Below the pieces are notes generated by a model. That model ran no database searches. It was given only the letters and a program-made list of their open reading frames with translations, and was not told the DNA's origin. Positions 48,324 through 57,746 of a stretch of 64,000 nucleotides of DNA are shown in pieces (position 1 is the first letter of the stretch; every line of letters begins with the position of its first letter). Source of the DNA: Candidatus Omnitrophota bacterium. GTDB taxonomy: Bacteria; Omnitrophota; Gorgyraeia; 2-01-FULL-45-10. The DNA lies in NCBI GenBank assembly GCA_903843285.1, contig CAIMPC010000039.1, forward strand, positions 44,886 through 108,885, written 5' to 3'. The position numbers and the translations under genes are program-made.

Positions 48324-49134
48324 GGAAGTCGTTGCGGGAGGAGTGAAGATAGGCGGGGCCAACCCTCTGGTCCTGATAGCCGGGCCATGTGTGATAGAGT
48401 CCGAGTCGAGCGCCATGCGCCATGCCAGGGCTTTAAAGTCCATAGCCGTAAGAGCCAACATTCCATTCATTTATAAGGCAAGCTACGATAAAGCCAACCG
48501 CACTTCCGGATCATCCTACAGGGGTCCCGGAATAAAGAAGGGCCTGAAGATACTCAAAAAGATTAAAGAAGATTTCGGAATACCCGTACTCTCGGACGTG
48601 CACTCCGTCGAGGAAGTGAAAGAGTCCGCTAAGGTCCTCGATATCATTCAGATACCCGCATTCCTATGCAGGCAGACAGACCTTATACTGGAGGCGGCCG
48701 GGACCGGCAGGGTGGTAAATGTGAAGAAGGGGCAGTTCCTGGCGCCTTGGGATATGAAGAACGTGGTGAAGAAGATAGAGTCTACCGGAAATAGGAAAAT
48801 ATTACTGACCGAGCGCGGCGCAAGCTTCGGCTACAACACTTTGGTGAGCGACTTCAGGTCGCTTTTGATAATGAAGGACCTCGGATATCCGGTGGTATAT
48901 GATGCCACTCATTCTGTGCAGTCCCCGGGCGGCATGGGTGAGAAGTCCGGCGGAGATCGGAAGTATATTCCGTATCTTGCGATGGCCTCGGTCGTGTGCG
49001 GTGCCAACGCCATATTTATGGAAGTCCATGAGGATCCTGACAGCGCATTAAGCGACGGTCCGAATATGATTAAACTCGACTCGCTCGAAGGACTGCTTAC
49101 TAAGCTTATTAAAATAGAAAAGGCGGCCGGATAA
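48316..49134 (+). CDS. kdsA: 3-deoxy-8-phosphooctulonate synthase
   Basis: IAGPCVIE, KASYDKANRTS, QIPAFLCRQTDL, KKGQFLAP, ERG..FGY and DATHSVQ.PG; alternative start at 48295. Confidence 0.97.
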   Translation: MTKEVVAGGVKIGGANPLVLIAGPCVIESESSAMRHARALKSIAVRANIPFIYKASYDKANRTSGSSYRGPGIKKGLKILKKIKEDFGIPVLSDVHSVEEVKESAKVLDIIQIPAFLCRQTDLILEAAGTGRVVNVKKGQFLAPWDMKNVVKKIESTGNRKILLTERGASFGYNTLVSDFRSLLIMKDLGYPVVYDATHSVQSPGGMGEKSGGDRKYIPYLAMASVVCGANAIFMEVHEDPDSALSDGPNMIKLDSLEGLLTKLIKIEKAAG

Positions 49135-50093
49135 TGTCTATAGCGATGGCTAAAAAAGTCCTTAAGATCGAGCGTGACGCGATATCAAGCCTTATACCGA
49201 GGATAGATGCTAATTTTAAGAAGATCGTTGACCTTATGTATAAGGTGAAGGGACGCGTTATAGTGACCGGTATGGGAAAACCCGGATTTATTGCTCAGAA
49301 GATATCTGCGACGTTGTCCTCGACCGGTACTCCGTCTTTATATCTGCATCCGGCTGAAGCCCTCCACGGGGATCTTGGACGCGTTACGAGAGACGATCTG
49401 ATCCTTGCCCTTTCTAATAGCGGCGAGACCGAGGAGATAATAAAATTTCTGCCTATAGTTAAGAAGATCGGCGCGAAACTTGTATCGATGACCGGCAATC
49501 TTTCATCTACGCTGGCCAAATTTTCGGATTATGTTATCGATACGCATGTTTTGAGGGAGGCATGCCCGCTCGGGCTTGCTCCGACCACATCCACGACAGT
49601 TATGCTTGCACTCGGAGATGCCGTAGCGGTAGCGCTTTTGGATAAGAAGGGATTTAAGGAAAAGGATTTTGCCTTCTATCATCCGGGTGGTATCCTCGGT
49701 AAAAGGCTTTTATTAACGGTGGATGATATTATGAGGAAGGGGCATGCGAGTCCTGTTGTAGGGGAAAAGATGAAGGTTAAGCAGGTGCTTCTGGCTATAA
49801 CCAAATCTAGAGCAGGATGCGCCTGCGTCGTAGATGCCAGGGGAAAGTTGGCCGGAATATTTACGGACGGAGATTTGCGCAGGCAGTTGGAGATAAAGCC
49901 GGGGCTGATCGAGTGCGAAGTAAAATACGTAATGACCAAAAATCCCACGGTTATAACTAAGGAAAGACTGGCCGCTGAAGCCTTTGACATATTGAGATCT
50001 AAGAGGATTGACGAGCTTCCTGTGGTCGACAGTAAGAGACGGCCTATTGGCCTACTTGACGTGCAGGACATATTAAAGGCGGGGCTTGTATGA
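49134..50093 (+). CDS. kdsD: arabinose-5-phosphate isomerase (KpsF/GutQ family)
   Basis: TGMGK, STGTP, HPAEA.HGDLG, S.SGET.E, APTTST, HPGG.LG and two CBS domains. Confidence 0.94.
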   Translation: MSIAMAKKVLKIERDAISSLIPRIDANFKKIVDLMYKVKGRVIVTGMGKPGFIAQKISATLSSTGTPSLYLHPAEALHGDLGRVTRDDLILALSNSGETEEIIKFLPIVKKIGAKLVSMTGNLSSTLAKFSDYVIDTHVLREACPLGLAPTTSTTVMLALGDAVAVALLDKKGFKEKDFAFYHPGGILGKRLLLTVDDIMRKGHASPVVGEKMKVKQVLLAITKSRAGCACVVDARGKLAGIFTDGDLRRQLEIKPGLIECEVKYVMTKNPTVITKERLAAEAFDILRSKRIDELPVVDSKRRPIGLLDVQDILKAGLV

Positions 50094-50620
50094 TCGCCCC
50101 GGACATCATCGATAAGATAAAGAAGATAAGACTCCTTATCCTGGATATAGATGGTGTTATGACAGACGGCCATATCATCTATTCGATTTACGGTGATGAG
50201 CTTAAGTTTTTCGATGTGCAGGACGGTTTCGGAATAACGCTTCTTAATAAAGCCGGGATAAAAAGCGTCATTATTACAGCAAAGAAATCAAGGATTGTAA
50301 AACTAAGAGCGCGTGACATGAAGATAGCAAAGGCATATCAGGGTTATTATGATAAATTGAAGGCCTTTAATCACGCTATAAGGAAATTTAAAGTTAAACC
50401 CGAAGAGGTCTGTTTCATCGGCGATGATCTGATAGACCTGCCGGTATTAAGACGCGTTGGGCTGGCAGTGGCCGTGCCCAACGCTGTGGAAGAGGTCAGA
50501 CAGCATGCTCATTTGGTGACATCGAAGGCAGGCGGCCATGGCGGCGTGCGCGAGCTCTGCGACCTTATTCTAAAGTCCCAGGGCAAGTGGGATCTGGCCA
50601 CAGAGAAGTACTTCAAATAA
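50090..50620 (+). CDS. kdsC: KDO 8-phosphate phosphatase (HAD family)
   Basis: LDIDGVMTDG, F.VQDG.GI, GDDLIDLP and GG.G.VRE. Confidence 0.94.
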   Translation: MIAPDIIDKIKKIRLLILDIDGVMTDGHIIYSIYGDELKFFDVQDGFGITLLNKAGIKSVIITAKKSRIVKLRARDMKIAKAYQGYYDKLKAFNHAIRKFKVKPEEVCFIGDDLIDLPVLRRVGLAVAVPNAVEEVRQHAHLVTSKAGGHGGVRELCDLILKSQGKWDLATEKYFK

Positions 50621-50635
50621 AGTAATAAACCAATT

Positions 50636-51304
50636 ATGCATATTCCAGATGGTTATCTAGGGCCCGCGACCTGCGGGTTTTTTTATGCAGTGATGATTCC
50701 TGTATGGACGTTTGCCTCGAGGATAGTTAAGAGGACCCTCTCGACGAAGCAGGTTCCGCTCCTCGCCATAGGCGCCGCATTCAGCTTCGTTATAATGATG
50801 TTCAACCTGCCTATACCCGGAGGAACTACCGGCCATGCGGTCGGTGGCGTTCTGGTGGCGATACTCTTAGGGCCGTGGGCGGCATGTCTGGCGATTACGG
50901 TCGCATTGGTGGTTCAGGCCCTTCTTTTCGGAGACGGTGGAGTCACTGCCATCGGCGCAAATTGTTTCAATATGGCTTTTGTACTGCCATTTGCAGGATA
51001 TTATACATACAGATTAATAAGCTATGGCGCGCCTATTGTTTCAAATAGAAGAATCATTGCGGCAGGGATAGCGGGATATATAGGCCTTAATGCCGCCGCA
51101 TTATTGACCGGCATAGAATTTGGTATACAGCCTCTGATTCATCGTACAGCAAACGGCCAGGCGCTGTATTGTCCATACGGGATCAACGTAGCGGTTCCTG
51201 TAATGGCCGGAGAGCATCTTTTGATATTCGGATGGATAGAAGCGATAGTAACCGCGCTCGTTGTTAAATATCTTCAGAAGCAGGACGTAGGCCTGCTTAA
51301 ATAA
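50636..51304 (+). CDS. cbiM: cobalt/nickel ECF transporter substrate component CbiM/NikM
   Basis: MHIPDGYL N-terminus, PGGTTGH..GG and QAL.FGDGG..A.GAN.FNM. Confidence 0.93.
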   Translation: MHIPDGYLGPATCGFFYAVMIPVWTFASRIVKRTLSTKQVPLLAIGAAFSFVIMMFNLPIPGGTTGHAVGGVLVAILLGPWAACLAITVALVVQALLFGDGGVTAIGANCFNMAFVLPFAGYYTYRLISYGAPIVSNRRIIAAGIAGYIGLNAAALLTGIEFGIQPLIHRTANGQALYCPYGINVAVPVMAGEHLLIFGWIEAIVTALVVKYLQKQDVGLLK

Positions 51305-51420
51305 GGGGACTGTTGCGAAATGCAACTTCCGTCATTCTGAGGGAGGCCATCGGCCGACCGAAGAATCTATTTACCGTCGAGATTCTTCACTGCGCCCTTC
51401 GGGCTTCGTTCAGAATGACG
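51305..51420. mobile_element. family A element (left terminal IR plus core) abutting the cbiM stop codon
   Basis: GGGGACTGTTGCGAAAT immediately after TAA; core almost identical to the 52511 and 62910 copies. Confidence 0.85.
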
Positions 51421-51427
51421 CATGCCA

Positions 51428-51495
51428 TTATATGACTGAGCTGTTACACGGTTTCCTCGCAATGGCAAAGGTTGTTATATTACTGAGCTGTTACA
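51428..51495. repeat. 21-bp direct repeat pair
   Basis: TTATATGACTGAGCTGTTACA (51428-51448) and TTATATTACTGAGCTGTTACA (51475-51495), one mismatch. Confidence 0.8.
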
Positions 51496-51510
51496 AATAA
51501 AGGCGGATGC

Positions 51511-51840
51511 ATGAAGACTATTACGAAACTTTGGATTGGGCTTGCTATATTGATCGTGGTCTCACCGATTGGCTTGATACTTCCGGAACATTTTAAAGCA
51601 GGTTCTGCATGGGGCGAGTGGGGAGCTGAAGAAATACACAAACTGGTCGGCTACATACCTAAGGGCTTTGAAAAGATAGGAAGTCTATGGAATGCGCCCA
51701 TACAGGACTATGCGTTTAAGCTCTGGGGCGGTAAAGGGCCTTTTCATATCGGCGCTACATACATCTTATCCGCTACGCTTGGCATAGCAATAACAGTCTC
51801 TATAGTACTATTTCTCGGCCGATTCCTTTCGAAGAAGTAA
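51511..51840 (+). CDS. PDGLE-domain membrane protein (NikN/CbiN-like ECF accessory component)
   Basis: Two TM segments; AWGEWG.EE and W.AP..DY motifs; follows cbiM. Confidence 0.82.
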   Translation: MKTITKLWIGLAILIVVSPIGLILPEHFKAGSAWGEWGAEEIHKLVGYIPKGFEKIGSLWNAPIQDYAFKLWGGKGPFHIGATYILSATLGIAITVSIVLFLGRFLSKK

Positions 51841-51877
51841 ATGAGGCAATAAAAACATCTTTACGATTATATGACTA

Positions 51878-51905
51878 TTGACTTAGACATATTTTATGAT
51901 ACTAT
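51878..51905 (+). promoter_or_regulatory. sigma70 promoter candidate for the pilin gene
   Basis: TTGACT (51878-51883), 16 nt, TGn-TACTAT (51900-51905). Confidence 0.5.
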
Positions 51906-52051
51906 TAGTGTAAGTAAAGGGGGTGGTGCGATACCAGTCAAATGAGTTTGACGAGTTATCCGGATTATTATGGGTGCAATAACCATGGTCCGGAAAGAAT
52001 CGGGGCGTAGTTTTTACAGAAGGCTACAACCAAAGAAATGGAGGCTCGCGC

Positions 52052-52486
52052 ATGAAGAGAATATGGGGTTGTCTTAGTTGCAGTAAGGGCTTTACGTTAA
52101 TCGAATTAATAATAGTCGTTATAATAGTAGGTGTTCTTGCCGCAATAGCGATACCGCAATATGCCGGGTTTGTAGAGAGGGCTAGAACCACCGAAGCCGT
52201 GGGTGCCATCGGCGCTATTAAAGTAGCGGAGGAAGCACGGAGAATAGAAACCGGCTCCTATTTAAGTTGCGCTGACGCCGCGGCGATAACCGCAGGTTTA
52301 GGTGTGACCGTTGATGTCACTAATTGGACATACGCGGCTGCCGGAACTGCCGGAACCTCGGTTGTTATAACGGCGACGAGGACCGCCGCAAACGGAGGTA
52401 CCGTGGGACAAACAATTGTTCTTACATGGACCGCCGCTACACAGACAGGCGTGTGGAGCGGGACTCACCCGAACAGGCCTAAATAA
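52052..52486 (+). CDS. type IV pilin (probable major pilin)
   Basis: GGAGG RBS; class III signal KG|FTLIELIIVVIIVGVLAAIAIPQY; ERAR..EA. Confidence 0.92.
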   Translation: MKRIWGCLSCSKGFTLIELIIVVIIVGVLAAIAIPQYAGFVERARTTEAVGAIGAIKVAEEARRIETGSYLSCADAAAITAGLGVTVDVTNWTYAAAGTAGTSVVITATRTAANGGTVGQTIVLTWTAATQTGVWSGTHPNRPK

Positions 52487-52510
52487 CTTTTAAGTTTGAA
52501 CGGTTATTGT

Positions 52511-52656
52511 GTGGGACTGTTGTAAAATACAACTTCCGTCATTCTGAGGGAGGCCATCGGCCGACCGAAGAATCTATTTACCGTCGAGATTCTTCACTTC
52601 GCCCTTTGGGCTTCGTTCAGAATGACGGGAAAATTGACATTTCGCAACAGTCCCAC
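52511..52656. mobile_element. family A MITE-like element, complete
   Basis: Terminal IR GTGGGACTGTTGTAAAAT / ATTTCGCAACAGTCCCAC around the GTCATTCTGAGGGAGGCCATCGGCCGACCGAAGAATCT...AGATTCTTC...CAGAATGAC core. Confidence 0.9.
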
Positions 52657-52692
52657 GTCCCGCTAATATGTTAAAGTAGGAGTAATTATTCC

Positions 52693-53121
52693 TTGTTGAC
52701 TGTAAAGAAACAGGGTGGTTTTACACTTATTGAAATAATAGTAAGCATAACAGTTATTCCTCTATTATGGTTTGCTGTATACATTTCCTTGTCTGTAAAT
52801 ACGATGCTGATCTCCCAGGCCAAACATAGAGCGCAAGCTGTTTTTATAGCTCAGCGATTCATAGATGTTATGCGCGCCGGTGAATATCAAAACCTATCCA
52901 ATATTGCCGGAGGAAGTGTAGCGATTGATACTCGCGGCACTGCAGATACAGCAGATGATCTGCTTGGGACTATGTCCATTACTTTAGGCCCGCCCGATGG
53001 CGGCGGACACTATAGGCCGGTTAACGTTACGATATCCTGGAACGAAAGGGCGCTTGGTGATTCCGACAGGGTACTGACGGAAAGCCTGACAACGATTATT
53101 TCTGACGATACGGCGGGGTAG
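52693..53121 (+). CDS. minor pilin/pseudopilin (PilV/GspI-like)
   Basis: AGGAG RBS, TTG start, GG|FTLIE N-methylation site and V.V..SW C-terminal pattern. Confidence 0.85.
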   Translation: MLTVKKQGGFTLIEIIVSITVIPLLWFAVYISLSVNTMLISQAKHRAQAVFIAQRFIDVMRAGEYQNLSNIAGGSVAIDTRGTADTADDLLGTMSITLGPPDGGGHYRPVNVTISWNERALGDSDRVLTESLTTIISDDTAG

Positions 53122-53126
53122 GTGAA

Positions 53127-53651
53127 ATGAAGAGCGCAAAAAATAATCCGGGTTTTACGCTGATAGAGTTGGTGGTATCTGTAATGATCTCCACAGTAGT
53201 TTTTTTTGCAATTTCAAGCATTATAGTCTTTACCGCACAAACACTCTCAGCCTCGGGCGTAGAGCTGGGCCTTCAAACGGATATGAATAATCTCGTTCGG
53301 CAGATTACGGTGGGAGTTTATGATTCCGGAGGTATTGATTGTGGTTTGCGCGGCTCCGCCTCATACGAAGTGATAAGCTCTCAGCAGATTGACTTTTATG
53401 ATATTATCGGAACGAAGCGGAGTTTTATTGTGTCAGGTAATAGCCTAATTTATAGCAGTCCCACACAGGATCCCACTCAAAGCGTAATCTATACGGCCCC
53501 TACCGGATCGACGTTTAATGTTGTATTCGAATCCCTACAGACTAATCTTGTAAATATAGCTATGTCAGTTACGCAAACGGTTAACGGGAAGACTTTGACG
53601 GGATCCGTGGTAACTTCTGTGTACTTGAGAAATATCAGGGACAAGGGTTAA
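53127..53651 (+). CDS. minor pilin/pseudopilin (PilW/GspJ-like)
   Basis: PG|FTLIEL prepilin site; C-terminal V.LRN. Confidence 0.85.
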   Translation: MKSAKNNPGFTLIELVVSVMISTVVFFAISSIIVFTAQTLSASGVELGLQTDMNNLVRQITVGVYDSGGIDCGLRGSASYEVISSQQIDFYDIIGTKRSFIVSGNSLIYSSPTQDPTQSVIYTAPTGSTFNVVFESLQTNLVNIAMSVTQTVNGKTLTGSVVTSVYLRNIRDKG

Positions 53652-53654
53652 AGA

Positions 53655-54956
53655 ATGAAGAGCACTAAGGGGTTCACGTCGATTTTTTTGATTGTAACGA
53701 CTTTGTTTGTATTCATTCTTGTTGGAACAATTTTTGCCGTACTGAATAGTCATATCAATCTCCTCGCCAGGGAACTCGATAAGATAAAGGCATACAATAT
53801 GGCGGAGGCAGGACTTGCCAGAGGAATTATCCAGCTCAGGACAGGGATCCTGGATCCTATTAATGACTCTCTGGATAATGGCACCTATAGCGTATCTATC
53901 GTTCAGTCTCTTCCTGTTCCGGTGGGACGTCTTCCCGGTTTTGTAGTAACCTCAACCGGATCATGGGGAACCACCAGCCGAACACTGAGTTTGGAAGTAT
54001 TTCAAAAAAGTTTTGCCCAGTGGCAATATTTCACCGATAACGAAATATTCCCTAGTAATCCTGGACTATTCGGAATGTTCACCTCTGCCGATCGCATAGA
54101 CGGACCGGTACATACTAACGGTCAGCTTGGTATTGGTGGTAGTCCTACGTTTGAAGGACATGTCAGTGCTGTAAACCCAGCGATACGGGGGTCGCAAACC
54201 GCAAGCTTTAATAGCGGTATCACTATCCCGGCGTCGAGCATTCAAATCCCGTCCGCACCTAAAGTTATGACACCCATTATGAACGCTGCGTTGTTGCCGG
54301 GAGGACTGTCGCTATACGGTGATACGACTATAGAATTTACAGACTCCGGACCGGTGTGGGTCACTAATGCAGGAGTGGCGAACGGAGTAAGAACACTTAA
54401 GACATTACCACCGAATGGCGCGATATATATATATGGAGGCGACTTGAAAATTTCCGGAACCCTAAATGGGAAAGTAACGATAGGTGTCGATGTGGTTTGG
54501 ACGATGACACCCGATTTAAAGGTCAGCGCTGTTGGAGGTAACATAACTATTGTGGATGCCCTAAAATATGCAGGTCCTCGGGATGTTAATAATTTGCCAA
54601 CGTCCCCTGATAATATGCTGGGGCTGATGGCGGCTAAAGACGTTACTTCCAAAACCACGTGTGGCTACCAGGAGATTGATGCTTACATAGTTGCGCTGGA
54701 TGGATCATTTAGAGATGCAAATTCGTCACAGTCTTCGGGTTTTACTGTTCCTCCTCCGTTCGGTTGGCCGCTAACTGTATACGGAGGTATAATGCAGAAG
54801 AATAGAGGCGACCTGCTTTATGATAACACTGGTGGTCCTGCAAGATTTTATCATTACGACAAACGGATGAAATACGATGCGCCTTTATTTTCTCCTCAGT
54901 TGACAGATTCCTTAGGGGTCGTCTACGCCAAGAGGATTTGGAAGGACATAACATAA
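53655..54956 (+). CDS. large tip pilin-like protein (PilX/GspK-type N-terminus)
   Basis: KG|FTSIF lacks Glu5; A...AEAG motif; GPVHTNG and a C-terminal YD.R motif; beta-rich body. Confidence 0.78.
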   Translation: MKSTKGFTSIFLIVTTLFVFILVGTIFAVLNSHINLLARELDKIKAYNMAEAGLARGIIQLRTGILDPINDSLDNGTYSVSIVQSLPVPVGRLPGFVVTSTGSWGTTSRTLSLEVFQKSFAQWQYFTDNEIFPSNPGLFGMFTSADRIDGPVHTNGQLGIGGSPTFEGHVSAVNPAIRGSQTASFNSGITIPASSIQIPSAPKVMTPIMNAALLPGGLSLYGDTTIEFTDSGPVWVTNAGVANGVRTLKTLPPNGAIYIYGGDLKISGTLNGKVTIGVDVVWTMTPDLKVSAVGGNITIVDALKYAGPRDVNNLPTSPDNMLGLMAAKDVTSKTTCGYQEIDAYIVALDGSFRDANSSQSSGFTVPPPFGWPLTVYGGIMQKNRGDLLYDNTGGPARFYHYDKRMKYDAPLFSPQLTDSLGVVYAKRIWKDIT

Positions 54957-54971
54957 AGGGTACGGACTAAA

Positions 54972-55664
54972 ATGAAAAATTTAATATGGAATATTATCAG
55001 TATTATAGTGGTTCTGTCTTTATCGATCATTGCATGGAGTCTTTACGGGACTAATAAGGCAAATTTTGATAAAACACTTCTATTAACAGAGCATAATGTG
55101 GCTCTCGAAGCAAGTATTGAAAAAATTACAGAACAGAAAAAATCCGTAGAAGATAAGTTAGCCGGCCTGATGGCCGAAAACGATACGTCCCTGGCTAAAA
55201 TAAGCGAGTACAGCGCCAGAATAGAAGCTATGACTTCCGAACACAAAATAAACGAGGAAAGTCTTCTCACCGAACGGAATAAATTAACGTCGGCCATAGC
55301 CATGTTAAATCAGGAAGTATCCGGTAAAAATTCTGAGATCCTGTTTCTGAAAAAGATTTTAAAGAAAAATAACAAAAAGCCGATGGAAAAAAGCCGTACC
55401 ATAAACCTTAAACCCATTGTCGTAACAGGAGCTAAATATGTGTCCGGCAAGATTTTAGAGGTTAACAAGGCTTATGAATTCGTTATAGTAAATCTCGGAT
55501 CGAACGATGGAATAACTACGGACGATACGCTCTTCGTCTTCAGGCGAAAAGCCATGATAGGTAAAGTCGTAGTCAGGGAGATAGCCCCGGAATATAGCGC
55601 GGCCAAGATATTATATAAATCGCTTAGCGATATGGTGAGAAAGGGAGACATAGTTACCAATTAA
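54972..55664 (+). CDS. membrane-anchored coiled-coil protein with a C-terminal beta domain
   Basis: N-terminal TM, heptad-rich middle and GKI..VN....FVIVNLG..DG C-terminus. Confidence 0.75.
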   Translation: MKNLIWNIISIIVVLSLSIIAWSLYGTNKANFDKTLLLTEHNVALEASIEKITEQKKSVEDKLAGLMAENDTSLAKISEYSARIEAMTSEHKINEESLLTERNKLTSAIAMLNQEVSGKNSEILFLKKILKKNNKKPMEKSRTINLKPIVVTGAKYVSGKILEVNKAYEFVIVNLGSNDGITTDDTLFVFRRKAMIGKVVVREIAPEYSAAKILYKSLSDMVRKGDIVTN

Positions 55665-55665
55665 A

Positions 55666-57165
55666 ATGGCTATAATCCAAGAGATAGAGAAAATTTTTTT
55701 TACCGGGGCGGCGGTATATATAAGCACCGATTTTATGGATATCGCTGAGGCACGTATGTCGCCCGGCGGAGTAGTATTAACCTCGCTTCAGCGTTTCCCT
55801 ATCGGATTCGGATCGGAACGCGGCATAAGCGGTATATTGGACAGGATATTCTCATCCGAATATCAAATACCGTATCGCGTCGCCGTTAATGTCAGAAACG
55901 ACCAGCTGATCCTGAGGTGGTTTAAGATGCCCAATGTGCCCCAGAAAGAGCTCGCGCAGGCGGTAGTATTTGCAGCCCAGCAGCATCTGCCGTGCCCTAT
56001 CGAAACCCTCACCTATGCATTCAAATCATACCGGGGCGTATCGAATTTCCGAGAAATAGTCATTGCCGCTACCGAGACAAAAAATATCAACGAGCTGGTA
56101 GCCTATTTCAGGAGAAAGCATATCCTGCCCGCCGTGATCGAGCCGGTGCCTTTTCTGTTATCAAAGCTCATCGCTTTAAATGGTTCGGCGAGCGAAGAGA
56201 CGTGTCTTCTTATGCATTATGAACCTCACAGTAAAATAATTTTGTGCGGAATATCCCGCAAGCATCCTTACTTTTTCAGGGAGATCACTGCGCCCTTCGA
56301 CATCGGGCCGAGATGGAAGGGCGAAGATAATGTCGCCTATCCGACATTAGGAGCTGTATGGCCGCACGTAGAGGCAGACGTTATAAAAAGTATGAGCTAT
56401 ATGCGTAAAGAGGCGGGCCATGATGTGAAGAAGATATACGTTTCCGGTTTTTCGCCCTCTCATGATGAGGAGCGAATATCGAAAGAGCTGAATGTCCCAG
56501 TGGAGAGGCATCGCTTTGCCTTCTTTACAAAAGACGGCCCTGACAAGGATGATAAGTACCTTCCCGTCCTAATGCTCGTTCTTAACTCTTTAAAAAACCC
56601 GTCCCTGAATATCGCTCCTGCGGAAATAGTTCGTAATGATATGCGGGGGATTAAGGTTGTTTTGTTAAAATTTCTAGCCGGGCTTGGCGTGATCGTTGTA
56701 CTGCATATGGCATTCTTAGGTATAAATGCCAAAATCGGCCTTAAGGCAAAACTCGCGAATAACGTAGAAAATTACGGAGTTATAAATCCATCCAGCCCCA
56801 GAGCAGATGTAGAGCTTTACAAAAAATCCGTTATCGAAAGCGCTTTATTCGTCAGCGACTTTTTATCCAAAAAGCGATTTCTCCCGCAAAAATTAGTATG
56901 CCTGAGTCGGTTGATGCCGCAGATTTCGTGGGTCGAAGAGATCTCTTTTACCGGGAGTATAAAAACTGACCGGTTACCTACCTTAACAATAAAGGGGTCG
57001 ATATTTGATGTCGCCTCGGACTCTACCAGCGCGAATAAGATACTGGAGGTCCTTAAAGCCGATAAAGATATGATGGAAGGATTTAAGGGGGCGAACCTTT
57101 CATATGTCGAGAAAAAGATATCGTCAGGGAGAGAGATCACCGATTTTGAGGTTTCATTCAAATAA
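55666..57165 (+). CDS. PilM-like cytoplasmic domain fused to a PilN-like TM/periplasmic domain
   Basis: R.F.MP and A.Q.LP..IE PilM-like segment, N..P motif, a TM helix and W.EE...L.IKG PilN-like C-terminus; position before a PilO-like gene. Confidence 0.72.
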   Translation: MAIIQEIEKIFFTGAAVYISTDFMDIAEARMSPGGVVLTSLQRFPIGFGSERGISGILDRIFSSEYQIPYRVAVNVRNDQLILRWFKMPNVPQKELAQAVVFAAQQHLPCPIETLTYAFKSYRGVSNFREIVIAATETKNINELVAYFRRKHILPAVIEPVPFLLSKLIALNGSASEETCLLMHYEPHSKIILCGISRKHPYFFREITAPFDIGPRWKGEDNVAYPTLGAVWPHVEADVIKSMSYMRKEAGHDVKKIYVSGFSPSHDEERISKELNVPVERHRFAFFTKDGPDKDDKYLPVLMLVLNSLKNPSLNIAPAEIVRNDMRGIKVVLLKFLAGLGVIVVLHMAFLGINAKIGLKAKLANNVENYGVINPSSPRADVELYKKSVIESALFVSDFLSKKRFLPQKLVCLSRLMPQISWVEEISFTGSIKTDRLPTLTIKGSIFDVASDSTSANKILEVLKADKDMMEGFKGANLSYVEKKISSGREITDFEVSFK

Positions 57166-57176
57166 GGCTTCATAAT

Positions 57177-57746
57177 ATGATAGATATAAAAAACATTCTA
57201 AATGACAGAAAAAAAACGTGGGGTATCTTATTATTCCTGATATTATGCGCGCTCGCATTTGTTTTGCTATTCAAATATGATTTTGGGAGCTTTCGTAAGA
57301 TACAGTTTACAATCGCTGAAAATAAGCATAATAAGGCTACGCTGGATTCTCTCGGTGAGTACAAAAAATATCTGAAGAAATTTAACGCATGTCTGGTGCC
57401 GGATAATGGCATCGATTGGCTCATGGGGACTCTAACGGTGGTGTCAAAAAATAATGGCGTAACTTTAAGCGCCGTAAAGCCGATCAAAACGGAATATTGT
57501 TCTGGGTATGAGGTAGTGAAGGCATCCATAGAGGGAACGTCTTCATATAAAGAGCTCCTCCGTTTCATTAAGGCCATAGAAGACGGTAAGGAATATATGT
57601 TGATCGAAAGCATCTCCATAAGGTCGATTGAAATCGCCCCGGATGAATTCGCGAAAAATTCACCGGCAGTTCTCACGAGAAACGTATCTCGCGGCAGGTT
57701 GGTAGGTTTTAACGCGATCATAGCTTATGTGGCGCTTAAAATATGA
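57177..57746 (+). CDS. PilO/GspM-like assembly protein
   Basis: Single N-terminal TM; I.G..SY..LL.FI..IE ferredoxin-like motif. Confidence 0.75.
   Translation: MIDIKNILNDRKKTWGILLFLILCALAFVLLFKYDFGSFRKIQFTIAENKHNKATLDSLGEYKKYLKKFNACLVPDNGIDWLMGTLTVVSKNNGVTLSAVKPIKTEYCSGYEVVKASIEGTSSYKELLRFIKAIEDGKEYMLIESISIRSIEIAPDEFAKNSPAVLTRNVSRGRLVGFNAIIAYVALKI

Noticed and set aside
51428-51495. Mini CRISPR array
   Set aside because: Only two 21-bp units, not palindromic, and no cas genes in the window.
52634-52669. Outward-facing hybrid promoter from TTGACA in the family A right end
   Set aside because: The nearest -10-like hexamer (TAATAT) is 24 nt away, which is too far for sigma70.
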